A DNA stretch of 64,000 nt from Oculatellaceae cyanobacterium bins.114 (GTDB lineage: Bacteria > Cyanobacteriota > Cyanobacteriia > Elainellales > Elainellaceae). Under the pieces are notes generated by a model. That model worked only from the letters and a program-made list of their open reading frames with translations. It ran no database searches and was not told the DNA's origin. The stretch's first letter is position 1. Each line of letters opens with the position of its first letter. Shown piece after piece: positions 8,410-17,339 of this stretch. The position numbers were made by a program, and so were the translations under genes. The stretch is from contig JANRJA010000193.1 of NCBI GenBank assembly GCA_033764315.1, positions 1 to 64,000 of the forward strand, given 5' to 3'.

Positions 8410-9894
8410 TCAGATGCACCCGCGATCGTGTTGTTCATGCCACGCCTGTAGTGCTACCCGATGAATGTCTCGCCAGGGTAGATTGAGCTGTCGCGCTAAA
8501 GCTGCACAGTCTTCATATTCAGGTTGGACGTTAGCGATCGCGCCTTGATACCAGGCGACTTTGACTCGAATTTCTCCATAAGAGGTGTGCACGAGCTGAA
8601 TGGCACGTTGCAAAGTACTTCGCTGTTGCATCGTGCGACGAATGCCCAATGTGGTCGTTTCTCGGAAGATCAGCGTCTCACACGCTTCAACTTGCGCTGG
8701 GTGACAAACCACGCTCAACAAAATTCCAGGACGTGATTTTTTCATGGCGATCGCCTGGGTAAATACATCCACGGCTCCCGCCGCAAACAAAGCTTCTATA
8801 ACGTAACCGATCGCTTGCGGATTGAGATCATCAATCTGAGTTTCTAGCACTGCGATCGTTTCTTGTTGAGCCGCTGTCTCAGAGCTAGGAATTAACCGAT
8901 GCTCTGTCCCTCGTTGATGCACTTCTACCGGGATTCCTTCTTCTTTTTTCTCTCTTCCTTCTTCCTTCTTCTCTTTTTCCTCTTCTTTTTTCCCTCTTCC
9001 CTCTCCCTCGCCAACCCACAATCGCACCATGTTGGGAATGGGTAAATTGCGAGACCCTGCGCCTAATCCTACTTTTTGCAGGGTCATCGAAGGCGGAGCA
9101 CCAAAGCTAGTCGCCAGGGTAGTGGCGATCGCAGCCCCAGTAGGGGTGACTAATTCTCGCTGAATGCCGTTGCTATAAATAGGCACCTGGCGCATTTCCC
9201 AGAGTTTGAGCACGGCTGGGCTAGGAACGGGCAATTGCCCATGCGCCGCCCGAATCGTTCCTCCACCAGTGGGCATGGCAGAGCAATACAACTGTTCGAT
9301 CCCTAGCCACTCTAGCCCCAGGCAAGTACCGACAATATCAACAATGGCGTCAGTAGCCCCCACCTCATGAAAGTGAACTTGATCAGGGGATATGCCATGC
9401 ACGGCTCCTTCTGCTTCGGCTAACCGTCGAAACACGGCTAAGCTCCAGGTCTCCGCTTGAGGGGGTAAGTCGGCTGCGCGAATCAGTTGCTCAATCTCAG
9501 GTAAGTGACGACTGTGAGAATGCTCAAGGTTGACCTCAGGTTGAGCATCGATAGCCGCATGAGGGTGAAGGTGTTGCGAGTGATGTGGGTGAGAGTGCTG
9601 GATAGAGTCGGTCTTGGTAGGATAGTGAGGATGGGCGAATGTTGTATGTGGATCGACCCCATCTTCCGTGGAAATACGGTGCTTTGGCTCAGCTAGCAGA
9701 TCAACATGAACTTTGGTGGCTTGCTGCCCGTTGCGATGAACCTGTTCTGCCCATAGGTGATATTCGTGAGAGATGCCTAACGGCTTTAATTTCTCTATCA
9801 AATATTCCAGGGGCACCCCAGCATGAACTAACGCCCCAAGGCACATATCTCCAGCAAGACCCGTCGGACATTCTAGATAGGCGAGCTTTGTCAT
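8410..9894 (-). CDS. larC: Nickel pincer cofactor biosynthesis protein LarC (TIGR00299-type)
   Basis: GLAGDMCLGAL, His-rich linker, VHFHEVGATDAIVD, ELVTPTGAA, MKKSRPG, ETTTLGIR, PEYEDC. Confidence 0.95.
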   Translation of the reverse strand: MTKLAYLECPTGLAGDMCLGALVHAGVPLEYLIEKLKPLGISHEYHLWAEQVHRNGQQATKVHVDLLAEPKHRISTEDGVDPHTTFAHPHYPTKTDSIQHSHPHHSQHLHPHAAIDAQPEVNLEHSHSRHLPEIEQLIRAADLPPQAETWSLAVFRRLAEAEGAVHGISPDQVHFHEVGATDAIVDIVGTCLGLEWLGIEQLYCSAMPTGGGTIRAAHGQLPVPSPAVLKLWEMRQVPIYSNGIQRELVTPTGAAIATTLATSFGAPPSMTLQKVGLGAGSRNLPIPNMVRLWVGEGEGRGKKEEEKEKKEEGREKKEEGIPVEVHQRGTEHRLIPSSETAAQQETIAVLETQIDDLNPQAIGYVIEALFAAGAVDVFTQAIAMKKSRPGILLSVVCHPAQVEACETLIFRETTTLGIRRTMQQRSTLQRAIQLVHTSYGEIRVKVAWYQGAIANVQPEYEDCAALARQLNLPWRDIHRVALQAWHEQHDRGCI

Positions 9895-9956
9895 GACTGA
9901 TGAAAGAAAGGCGATCGCTGGCTATTGATTGAGGATTCTACTGAGGAAAAACTGTT

Positions 9957-10622
9957 ATGGCAACAATTTACACAATCCATCCGGATACGCCTCAGACTCG
10001 TGAGATAGAACATGTTAGAGGTGCGCTACGTGAGGGTGCTGTGATGCTTTATCCCACTGATACAGTCTATGCGATCGGCTGTGATCTTAACTCAAAGACC
10101 GCAGTAGAGCGGGTTAGACAGATTAAACAATTGTCTAATGATAAACCTTTAACATTTCTCTGCTCATCGTTATCTAACATTGCCCACTATGCGGCAGTCA
10201 CAGACAGTGCTTATCGGACGATGCGTCGGTTAATTCCGGGTCCTTTTACGTTTTTGTTGCCTGCTACCAAGTTGGTGCCCCGGTTGGTGATGAACCCCAA
10301 ACGTAAAACAACAGGCATTCGGGTGCCTGACCACGCTATTTGTCAAGCTCTATTAAATGCGTTAGAGAATCCAATTATCTCAACCTCGGCAAATCCGATC
10401 GATGATATGGAGTCGGAAATTCGTAAGAGTGACCGGGTCTCTAAGGCAGAACTGTTTGATTGTTTTGAAAAACGGGTGGATGTGATGATTGATGATGGGT
10501 TAGATCTGACGTATCACGTCTCCACAATCTTAGATTTAACGACAGACGAACCAACGATGATTCGTCGAGGGTTAGGGTGGGAAGCGATTCCACCGTGGGT
10601 TGTAGAGGTGGGGGCAGGCTAA
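9957..10622 (+). CDS. Sua5/YciO/YrdC-family protein (L-threonylcarbamoyladenylate synthase-like)
   Basis: YPTDTVYAIGC, PGPFTF, GIRVPD, STSAN motifs. Confidence 0.93.
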   Translation: MATIYTIHPDTPQTREIEHVRGALREGAVMLYPTDTVYAIGCDLNSKTAVERVRQIKQLSNDKPLTFLCSSLSNIAHYAAVTDSAYRTMRRLIPGPFTFLLPATKLVPRLVMNPKRKTTGIRVPDHAICQALLNALENPIISTSANPIDDMESEIRKSDRVSKAELFDCFEKRVDVMIDDGLDLTYHVSTILDLTTDEPTMIRRGLGWEAIPPWVVEVGAG

Positions 10623-11130
10623 GTCGCAGCGGTGATTCAAACAGCAGGTCAAAAAAGCACAAACGCACTGGTTTTTGACGGGTTTTCTGGAGTGAGGATA
10701 GAACTGATCGCCGATCCAGATGCTAGACTGTCCACCAAACCCAGTGGACAGCGTGAATCTTGCAGCAGTCAGCATATGCAGGTGCAGGGAATGGTGAAGG
10801 GTGATGAAATGGGAGTTAGAGGCGATCGCTGGCAGCACCTATGTCTATCTAGCCTGATGATAAATAAAGCGATTGGCAAACCACCTGAGAAACTGCCATA
10901 GCAACGGAGAGAGTTCACCGTAGTCCTTAAACATTGAGGTGTAGACAGTTATGACAGTCAGGGAAGGAAACACACGACAGCCTAAGAGGGCAACTCTCAA
11001 GCCCATGAGTTACCCCAGCAGATATGCTCTGTCACACCGCAGAGGTTCATATTTATGCCATTGACCTCATCTTTGGTTTCCTCTGTTTCCTCCCAGGCTG
11101 TGTCTACCTCTACCCTGTGCTCTACCCACC

Positions 11131-12387
11131 ATGAACGTCGAACCCTTAAATCCGCCCGGACCACCAAGCCATAGTGACCATAGTGCCTCCGCTGCCAATT
11201 CAGCAGAGTCGTGTGCTGCCACGACTGAGGCTCAGACAGTCATTCAAGTAGAGAAGTTGACCCAATTTTTGTTGGGTGAATTTCGCACAGAGTTGCCCGA
11301 TAGCACCGCTAGTATGACGGTGGTGGCACAACGCCTTGCCGCAGAAGTTATTCGGATTTGTATTAAGAGCGATCGCATTCAAACATCAGGGCAAGTTCAA
11401 ACCTGGCAAATTACGCTAGCCAAGCATCGACAGCAAAAATGTTTGTCTTACTACAAACTCGGTTCTCGCCGAGGTCGAGTTGACTTACATAGCAGCCTGA
11501 GTGCAATGGTTTATCGTCATGTTGCCTCTAGTCGGGCACAGCTTGGGTTTCAAGCCCGTTACAACCTGATCGAAGACTTCTTACAAAGCTTCTATATTGA
11601 GGTAATGAAAGCCTTTCGTCGGGAAAATGGATTGCCCGACAGCTACACTCCCAAAACTCGGTTAGAGCTAGCGGAATATATGGCGTTTACGGAGCACTAT
11701 GCCAAACGCCGCATCACATTGCCGGGTCGTCGCAGTCAACAGTTAATTGTGTTGCGGGCACAAGGATTTGCCCGTCGCCAACCGGTTGAAACTGCGATGG
11801 ATATCGAGATGGCAATGGAGTCTGCCAAGAGCGAAGAAGCCGAAATTCAAAATCGGTCGCCTTTGGCTCAACAAGTCCGCGAACAAATGGTAACGGATGC
11901 CGTTGACCCATCAGAGTCAGTGTTGCGCGATCGCGTCATTAATGAACTGATGCAGTATTTAGAATCACAGGGTCAGTCAGATTGCGTCGATTATTTAACC
12001 CTCAAACTGCAAGACTTGTCAGTCCCTGAGATTGACGAGATTTTGGGACTTACCGCTCGCCAGCGTGATTATTTGCAACAGCGATTTAAATATCACGTTG
12101 AAAAGTTTGCCCGTTCGCATCGCTGGCAGTTGGTGCACCAATGGCTTGGTGCAGATGTTGATCAAAATTTGGGGATGCCCCAACAACAGTGGGAAGCCTT
12201 TTTAGGGCAACTCTCACCCGATCAGCAACGATTGTTAGACCTGAAGGGATTGCAAGCCAGCGATCGCCCAACTGCTCAACGCACCGATGAAGAGATTGCC
12301 AAAGTCCTCAATTGCACCCCAAAACAGGTGCAAAAACGATGGGTCAAGTTATTGGAACTGGCATGGCAGTTTCGCAATAAAGCATAG
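11131..12387 (+). CDS. hetZ: HetZ-related transcriptional regulator
   Basis: EVIRICIKSDRIQ, YYKLGSRRGRVDLHSSLSAMVYR, LIEDFLQSFY, LELAEYMAFTEHYAKRRI, RQRDYLQQRFKYH, LVHQWLGAD and a C-terminal HTH, as recalled for the HetZ family. Confidence 0.8.
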   Translation: MNVEPLNPPGPPSHSDHSASAANSAESCAATTEAQTVIQVEKLTQFLLGEFRTELPDSTASMTVVAQRLAAEVIRICIKSDRIQTSGQVQTWQITLAKHRQQKCLSYYKLGSRRGRVDLHSSLSAMVYRHVASSRAQLGFQARYNLIEDFLQSFYIEVMKAFRRENGLPDSYTPKTRLELAEYMAFTEHYAKRRITLPGRRSQQLIVLRAQGFARRQPVETAMDIEMAMESAKSEEAEIQNRSPLAQQVREQMVTDAVDPSESVLRDRVINELMQYLESQGQSDCVDYLTLKLQDLSVPEIDEILGLTARQRDYLQQRFKYHVEKFARSHRWQLVHQWLGADVDQNLGMPQQQWEAFLGQLSPDQQRLLDLKGLQASDRPTAQRTDEEIAKVLNCTPKQVQKRWVKLLELAWQFRNKA

Positions 12388-12534
12388 GGGTCAGTCGTGA
12401 GTCATGAGTGATTCATGATGGGTGATGAGTGAAGTGATTCACGAAATTGGCTGAAACTGTTTTCCATCTCTTATGCTGAGATATTCGTCATTCCCTTAAC
12501 GGGTGAGGCGATCGCCCATTTCGCGAGAGGACCC

Positions 12535-13319
12535 ATGCTGGAACTCTTAAACGCACAATTTTGGGCTAATGGTTTTATTCCTCAAGGGTGCTTTTATTTG
12601 TCGGAGCCGACCCTAATCGGGTTTCATATCCTTTCAGATACGCTAACGGCACTGGCTTATTACTCTATTTCACTCCTATTGATTTTTCTGACGATGTGGC
12701 AGACACGGCTCTGGCTTGTGGACAACAGTTGCGATCGCATCGTTATGACATGGTCTTATCTGACTATCGGCTACCCGGTTTTATGGCTTACAAAACTCTC
12801 GATTTGTTGCGCCAATCTGGACAAGAAATCCCCCTAATTTTAGTAACAGGAACCTTAGGTGAAGAGGCGGCTGTCGAGTGTATTAAAGCGGGAATGACCG
12901 ATTATGGGTTGAAAGACCGTTTGTTTCGGTTGCCTACGATGTTAGAGCGATCGCCCAGAGAATTCGAGTTATGTCGTCAACAACAGGCTGCCAATGAGCG
13001 AATCCGTCAACAAGCCCAACCCGAACAACTGCTCAACCAGATTAATCGAGCACTCAACTCAAGCTTAGACGTTGATGACATCTTGCAAAAGATTGTGGGC
13101 TTGGCAGGAGAATGCTTTCATGTCGATCGGGTAGAGCTTACCTCGTTTGATGCTGAGTATTTCAAAGTGGTCTGTGAATGGCGATCGAATGAGCACCCAC
13201 CTACCCTACAGGAAACTAATACCGATTTAATTTTTGGTGGTCCTCTAAAAGTAATGATTTTTGAGTCAGGATATGCCGCGCAGAGCGCGGTATATCCTGA
13301 CTTGTTTAGGACTACCTAA
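12535..13319 (+). pseudogene. Degenerate chimeric two-component remnant (membrane-sensor N-terminus, then a partial REC domain and the start of a GAF domain)
   Basis: Frame 1: FIPQGCFYLSEPTLIGFHILSDTLTALAYYSI, a degenerate FIPHGHCYLW...SDxxIALAYYSI sensor motif. Frame 2: REC core DMVLSDYRLP...ILVTGTLGEEAAVECIKAG lacking its N-terminus, then a GAF start that runs into a palindromic element at about 13218. Confidence 0.75.
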
Positions 13320-13410
13320 TTTTTGATTATGGCAGATAGCTGGGGATAAGGGCGTTTCGCGAAATGCCCTGACGAACTCATGCGCAGCGAAGCCAATTCA
13401 AATGAGTAAT
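13218..13410. mobile_element. MITE/REP-like palindromic element truncating the remnant
   Basis: Long palindrome AGTCAGGATATGCCGCGC-AGA-GCGCGGTATATCCTGACT (13264-13302), hairpin AGGGCGTTTCGCGAAATGCCCT, imperfect inverted ends AATACCGATTTAATTT / AATTCAAATGAGTAAT. Confidence 0.6.
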
Positions 13411-13564
13411 AAGTATCTCGCTAAAGCTATAAATGCAAAAATTAGTTAATTCCTTTGAACTATTCAACGCAATCTTGGTGTATTAATTATCTTTGAGTAT
13501 GTTTATAGCTGAACATGATCAGCATCCTGAAATTGTGAGGGGTGGAGTCTTTCCCTAAGTCGTC

Positions 13565-14347
13565 ATGATGCACAACAAGAAGGTTCGTTTTGGCAGAATG
13601 CTATTAATAGCAGGTGTGGCTTTAACCTGTTTTGTCATTTTTGAAACTCACCAAAAGATGTTAGGAATAGCACCAGAGACGATAGAGCCGCGATCGCCTC
13701 TAGTCGAGACTCCAACTCAGGGGATCTCTCCACAGCGACCTCAAGCCCTAACCCCAACTCAGCAACCCTCATCTGCCCTGGCTATCGACCAGGGGGCTAC
13801 CAATATTGCTCCGACTCAGGTTGATCCCAGTCAGTTAGCCACAAATGACTGGGTGGGGGCTTCGTTTCCAGTCGAAAACTTTCAAACCTATACCTCGCCT
13901 TTTGGCTATCGCCGTTCCCCAACAGGAGGCTATACCCAAGAGTTTCACTATGGGTTGGACATGGCAGCCCCCGAAGGCAGTTACATTCGCAACTGGTGGG
14001 GAGGCACAGTTGTGGAAGTCTCAGACGATAGTAATTGCGGTACATCAGTTGTCATTGAATCGGGCAACTGGTTACATATTTATTGCCACATGCAAGGGCA
14101 TGTCTCCTCTGATCGCAATGGGCGGTTTATGATTGACCGCGAAGGGGGCATTCAGGTGTGGGAAGGGCAAGAGGTGATTGCTGGACAGCGCATTGGGCGA
14201 GTTGGCATGACCGGACGAACCACAGGCCCTCATTTGCACTGGGGCTTGAAATATGATGAGAACTGGGTTGACCCCGCATTGGTGCTGCGAGCGATGTATT
14301 CTGGTCAACAAAATGCGGCTCGACCAGGTATAAATCCGGTGCAGTAA
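13565..14347 (+). CDS. M23-family metallopeptidase
   Basis: TSPFGYR, HYGLD, YCHM, GMTGRTTGPHLHW motifs; N-terminal TM segment. Confidence 0.95.
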   Translation: MMHNKKVRFGRMLLIAGVALTCFVIFETHQKMLGIAPETIEPRSPLVETPTQGISPQRPQALTPTQQPSSALAIDQGATNIAPTQVDPSQLATNDWVGASFPVENFQTYTSPFGYRRSPTGGYTQEFHYGLDMAAPEGSYIRNWWGGTVVEVSDDSNCGTSVVIESGNWLHIYCHMQGHVSSDRNGRFMIDREGGIQVWEGQEVIAGQRIGRVGMTGRTTGPHLHWGLKYDENWVDPALVLRAMYSGQQNAARPGINPVQ

Positions 14348-14450
14348 TAGCGGTGCTCAAAGCGTCAGCTCGACAGGATGAGAATTCATCCCAAAAACTT
14401 TGGGGATTGCGATTGTATGAAAAGCGTGTACTTGTTGGGGAATCGACACT

Positions 14451-14789
14451 ATGGAGCCAACCAGCCGAGCCTATCCGATGCGGGTGTTTGTAAAACATAG
14501 GGCAAAAGAACACATTAAGTCACTCACCTATGACATGCGTGGCGACTACTCCACCGGGGAAACGGCTTCGCATCGTCCTCTATATTCTCCGTTTGATGAA
14601 CGGTTGTTTGAAGACATTGCAGCAACGCTCCTATCGCCCAACCGTCCTGAATTTCGCCATCAATGCAAGTCTCGCCAAGAAGCAGCCGCGATCGAATCAC
14701 AAATCGCAGCAGAACTTGTAGATATCTATACTCAAATCAAGTTAAAACAGCGTGATCCATTGATTCAAATGCTTAATGCATTGCTATAG
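14451..14789 (+). CDS. Small hypothetical protein (start uncertain), carrying an in-frame 27-nt element
   Basis: Helical, protein-like C-terminal half (LFEDIAATLL...ELVDIYTQIK...LIQMLNALL). Confidence 0.6.
   Translation: MEPTSRAYPMRVFVKHRAKEHIKSLTYDMRGDYSTGETASHRPLYSPFDERLFEDIAATLLSPNRPEFRHQCKSRQEAAAIESQIAAELVDIYTQIKLKQRDPLIQMLNALL
14542..14576 (+). mobile_element. 27-nt HIP1-inserted element (copy 2, degenerate HIP1 flanks)
   Basis: GCGAC|TACTCCACCGGGGAAACGGCTTCGCAT|CGT. Confidence 0.7.
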
Positions 14790-15871
14790 CTCGGGTTTGT
14801 AGTTGCAAGGGTGACAATAAATTGAGTTCCTTTGCCTAATTCACTAGAATAGGTAATCGACCCGCCATGCAAATCAACACACTGTTTGACGATCGCCAAT
14901 CCTAGACCAGTTCCACTAATTGAGCCAACATTGCTGCCCCGGTGAAATGCAGTAAATAGTTGGGCTTGATCTTGTGGTGCAATCCCAATTCCACAATCTT
15001 GAATACACAAAGTGACTCGTTCAGGTGTGCAAGTTACCTCTAGATGAACGGTGCTTCCTTCGGGTGAATACTTGATGGCATTAGACAAAAGATTGGTCAA
15101 AATGTGACGCAACAAGTATTTATCAACCTCTAAATCGGTGCAATGCCCTTGAATTGCTAGCCCCAACACATGCTGGCTGCCAATGCTAGCTTGCAACTCT
15201 GCTACTAAATCGCGGCAAAATTGCCCTACATCAAAAGGGGCTGGATTAAATGATAATTTTCCAGCTTCTGCTCGACCGATCGTCAACACATCACTGAGCA
15301 AGTGGCTCATGTGACGAATAGCACTTTTAATGCGGTTCAAGCGAATTTGTTGAATCTCTTGAGACCACTGAGATCCGTAATATTCTAATAGCTCAGTCGA
15401 ACATAAAATCGTGCTCAAGGGAGTGCGAAACTCATGAGACACCATTGAAATAAATTTAGACTTGAGCTTATTTAACTCTTTCTCTTGCTCTAAAGCTTGA
15501 ACAGTTTTGTTCTCAATTTCTTTGTATTGAGTGATATCACGGGCAATGCTACATACAACAGATTGGGATGGAATAGGAACCACAACCCAAGAAAACCAGC
15601 GACAAACTCCTTCTTTGCTAAGGCAACGAGCCTCAAATGCTTCCCTTAAAGGTTCTGTTGTGAGGGTTTGAAACACTCTGCTCAGAGTGGCTTGATCGTG
15701 CGGATGAACGTAGTCATAAATTGCCTTGCCATCTAATTTCGCATGACCAACCCCAAAAAACGATTCCCATTTTGGGTTCACTAACTTCAAGGAACCGTCG
15801 AAGTCAGCGATCGCCATCAAGTCAGAGCAACTCTCAAACAGCACTTTCAGGTCAACGTCGCTGATCTCCAT
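14765..15871 (-). CDS. PAS-domain sensor histidine kinase
   Basis: PAS (VHPHD, ARDIT), HisKA (SHEFRTPL), HATPase (NLLSNAIKYS, DCGIGI, GTGLGL). Confidence 0.95.
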   Translation of the reverse strand: MEISDVDLKVLFESCSDLMAIADFDGSLKLVNPKWESFFGVGHAKLDGKAIYDYVHPHDQATLSRVFQTLTTEPLREAFEARCLSKEGVCRWFSWVVVPIPSQSVVCSIARDITQYKEIENKTVQALEQEKELNKLKSKFISMVSHEFRTPLSTILCSTELLEYYGSQWSQEIQQIRLNRIKSAIRHMSHLLSDVLTIGRAEAGKLSFNPAPFDVGQFCRDLVAELQASIGSQHVLGLAIQGHCTDLEVDKYLLRHILTNLLSNAIKYSPEGSTVHLEVTCTPERVTLCIQDCGIGIAPQDQAQLFTAFHRGSNVGSISGTGLGLAIVKQCVDLHGGSITYSSELGKGTQFIVTLATTNPSYSNALSI

Positions 15872-16181
15872 TCAGGTATGTGCGCAAAGCAGAGTAATTA
15901 TAGACAGTAGTTTAAAGTAACCCGTAGTCTAGACAAAACCGATCAGCAACCCCTCAATTAGATACGATCCTTTGCATTTTGCAGAAAACCAGCCACGTTT
16001 TCAATCGTCTTAGATACTACTATTTCGTCATCGTATAAAACAAGCTACCAAACCTGATTTGCCTTAGTCTGATATAGCTGTACTAATCGATTCCCTGCCT
16101 CTCAGGACACTCATATCCTGACTCAAAGCCATAGTCCTCCCAGGAGAACTAACCCAGAGAACTAAACGGATGATGCTTAGG

Positions 16182-17339
16182 CTACCTAGTCGCTTTTAAC
16201 ATCTCCTCTGCTAAGCCAAACGACAAAGTCATACCTGCACCGCTTAAAGCATTCACCACTGTCACCCCTGCTTGAGGATGGGCAATCCACTCCGTTTGCC
16301 CTGGCAATTTAGCGTAAATGCCATGCCAAGTTTCAGCAATTTCCAGCGAGGGGGCTTTGGCAAAACCATGCAAATAATCCAAGATGTATTGGTTAATCTC
16401 AGCTCTATCAAAGGGATCATGAGTTGAGCCATATTCGTGAGAATCTCCAATCACCAGTTCACCACTCGCATTTTGAGACATCATGACGTGAATCCCCCAT
16501 TGTGGAAAATGGGGTGTTTCTGTTTCAATGCGGGTCTTCAGCGCAGGCAGAGATGGGCAATCAGCAAAGGATGAATAATGCGTCAGGGTCAAACCACCAC
16601 AAAGAGAAGGCCCCAATCGCCAACTATCGGGTTGGGGGGCAGTTCGCATCATTTGTAGTTTCACCTTCGTCATGCCGCTAGAGGCATAAAGGTCAGGATA
16701 GAGAGTCTCAAAGTCGGCACCGCTACACACGAAAATGCGATCGCTCGTCCAAATTTCACCCCCCGCAGTCACCTTAGGAGCATCGATCTCAGTAACGACG
16801 GTTCCAAAGTGAAATTGCACCCCATACGTGTCTGCTAAAAAGGGCGGCAATTTCCGAATGGCTTCTCTGGGGTCAACCGTCATCTCTGTGGCACTCCACA
16901 AGGCTCCTAACAAACCGTCAGTCACCACAGCAGGACTCTTGTCAGCAACCTCGCTTGCTGTCAGCAACCGGACTGAGCCATCTCCAGTGATGTTTGCTTC
17001 TACTGCGTTTGCTTTTACTGCATTTGCCTCTACAAACTCTTCTAAAACCGCCATCTCATCAGGACGATACGCGAGGTGTAATGACCCACAAGCTTCGATC
17101 GCAAATCTAGCTTGGGCGGCGACCTCACACCAACTCGCACGGGCAGTTAAGGCGCGATCGCGGAGTTTGCCTACAGGTTGTCCAATCGGCCAAATCATGC
17201 CAAAATTCCGAATCGACGCCCCAACAGCATAGGTATTGCGTTCAAACACAATCACGTTTAAGCCTTGTTTAGCAGCGGCATAGGCATGGGCTAAGCCTAC
17301 AATTCCGGCACCAACAACAATCACATCAGCCTGGTTCAT
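16182..17339 (-). CDS. FAD-dependent oxidoreductase, TIGR03364 (phosphonate-associated) type
   Basis: VVGAGIVGLAHA, GASIRNFG, GGLTLTHY, IGDSHEY, GAGMTLSFG. Confidence 0.88.
   Translation of the reverse strand: MNQADVIVVGAGIVGLAHAYAAAKQGLNVIVFERNTYAVGASIRNFGMIWPIGQPVGKLRDRALTARASWCEVAAQARFAIEACGSLHLAYRPDEMAVLEEFVEANAVKANAVEANITGDGSVRLLTASEVADKSPAVVTDGLLGALWSATEMTVDPREAIRKLPPFLADTYGVQFHFGTVVTEIDAPKVTAGGEIWTSDRIFVCSGADFETLYPDLYASSGMTKVKLQMMRTAPQPDSWRLGPSLCGGLTLTHYSSFADCPSLPALKTRIETETPHFPQWGIHVMMSQNASGELVIGDSHEYGSTHDPFDRAEINQYILDYLHGFAKAPSLEIAETWHGIYAKLPGQTEWIAHPQAGVTVVNALSGAGMTLSFGLAEEMLKATR

Noticed and set aside
10632-10901. 89-aa ORF upstream of hetZ, checked as a possible PatX/PatS-like peptide
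   Set aside because: No RGSGR motif or signal peptide seen; composition unconvincing.
12394-12440. AGTCATG-like short tandem repeat after hetZ
   Set aside because: Degenerate, ordinary cyanobacterial STRR-type sequence.
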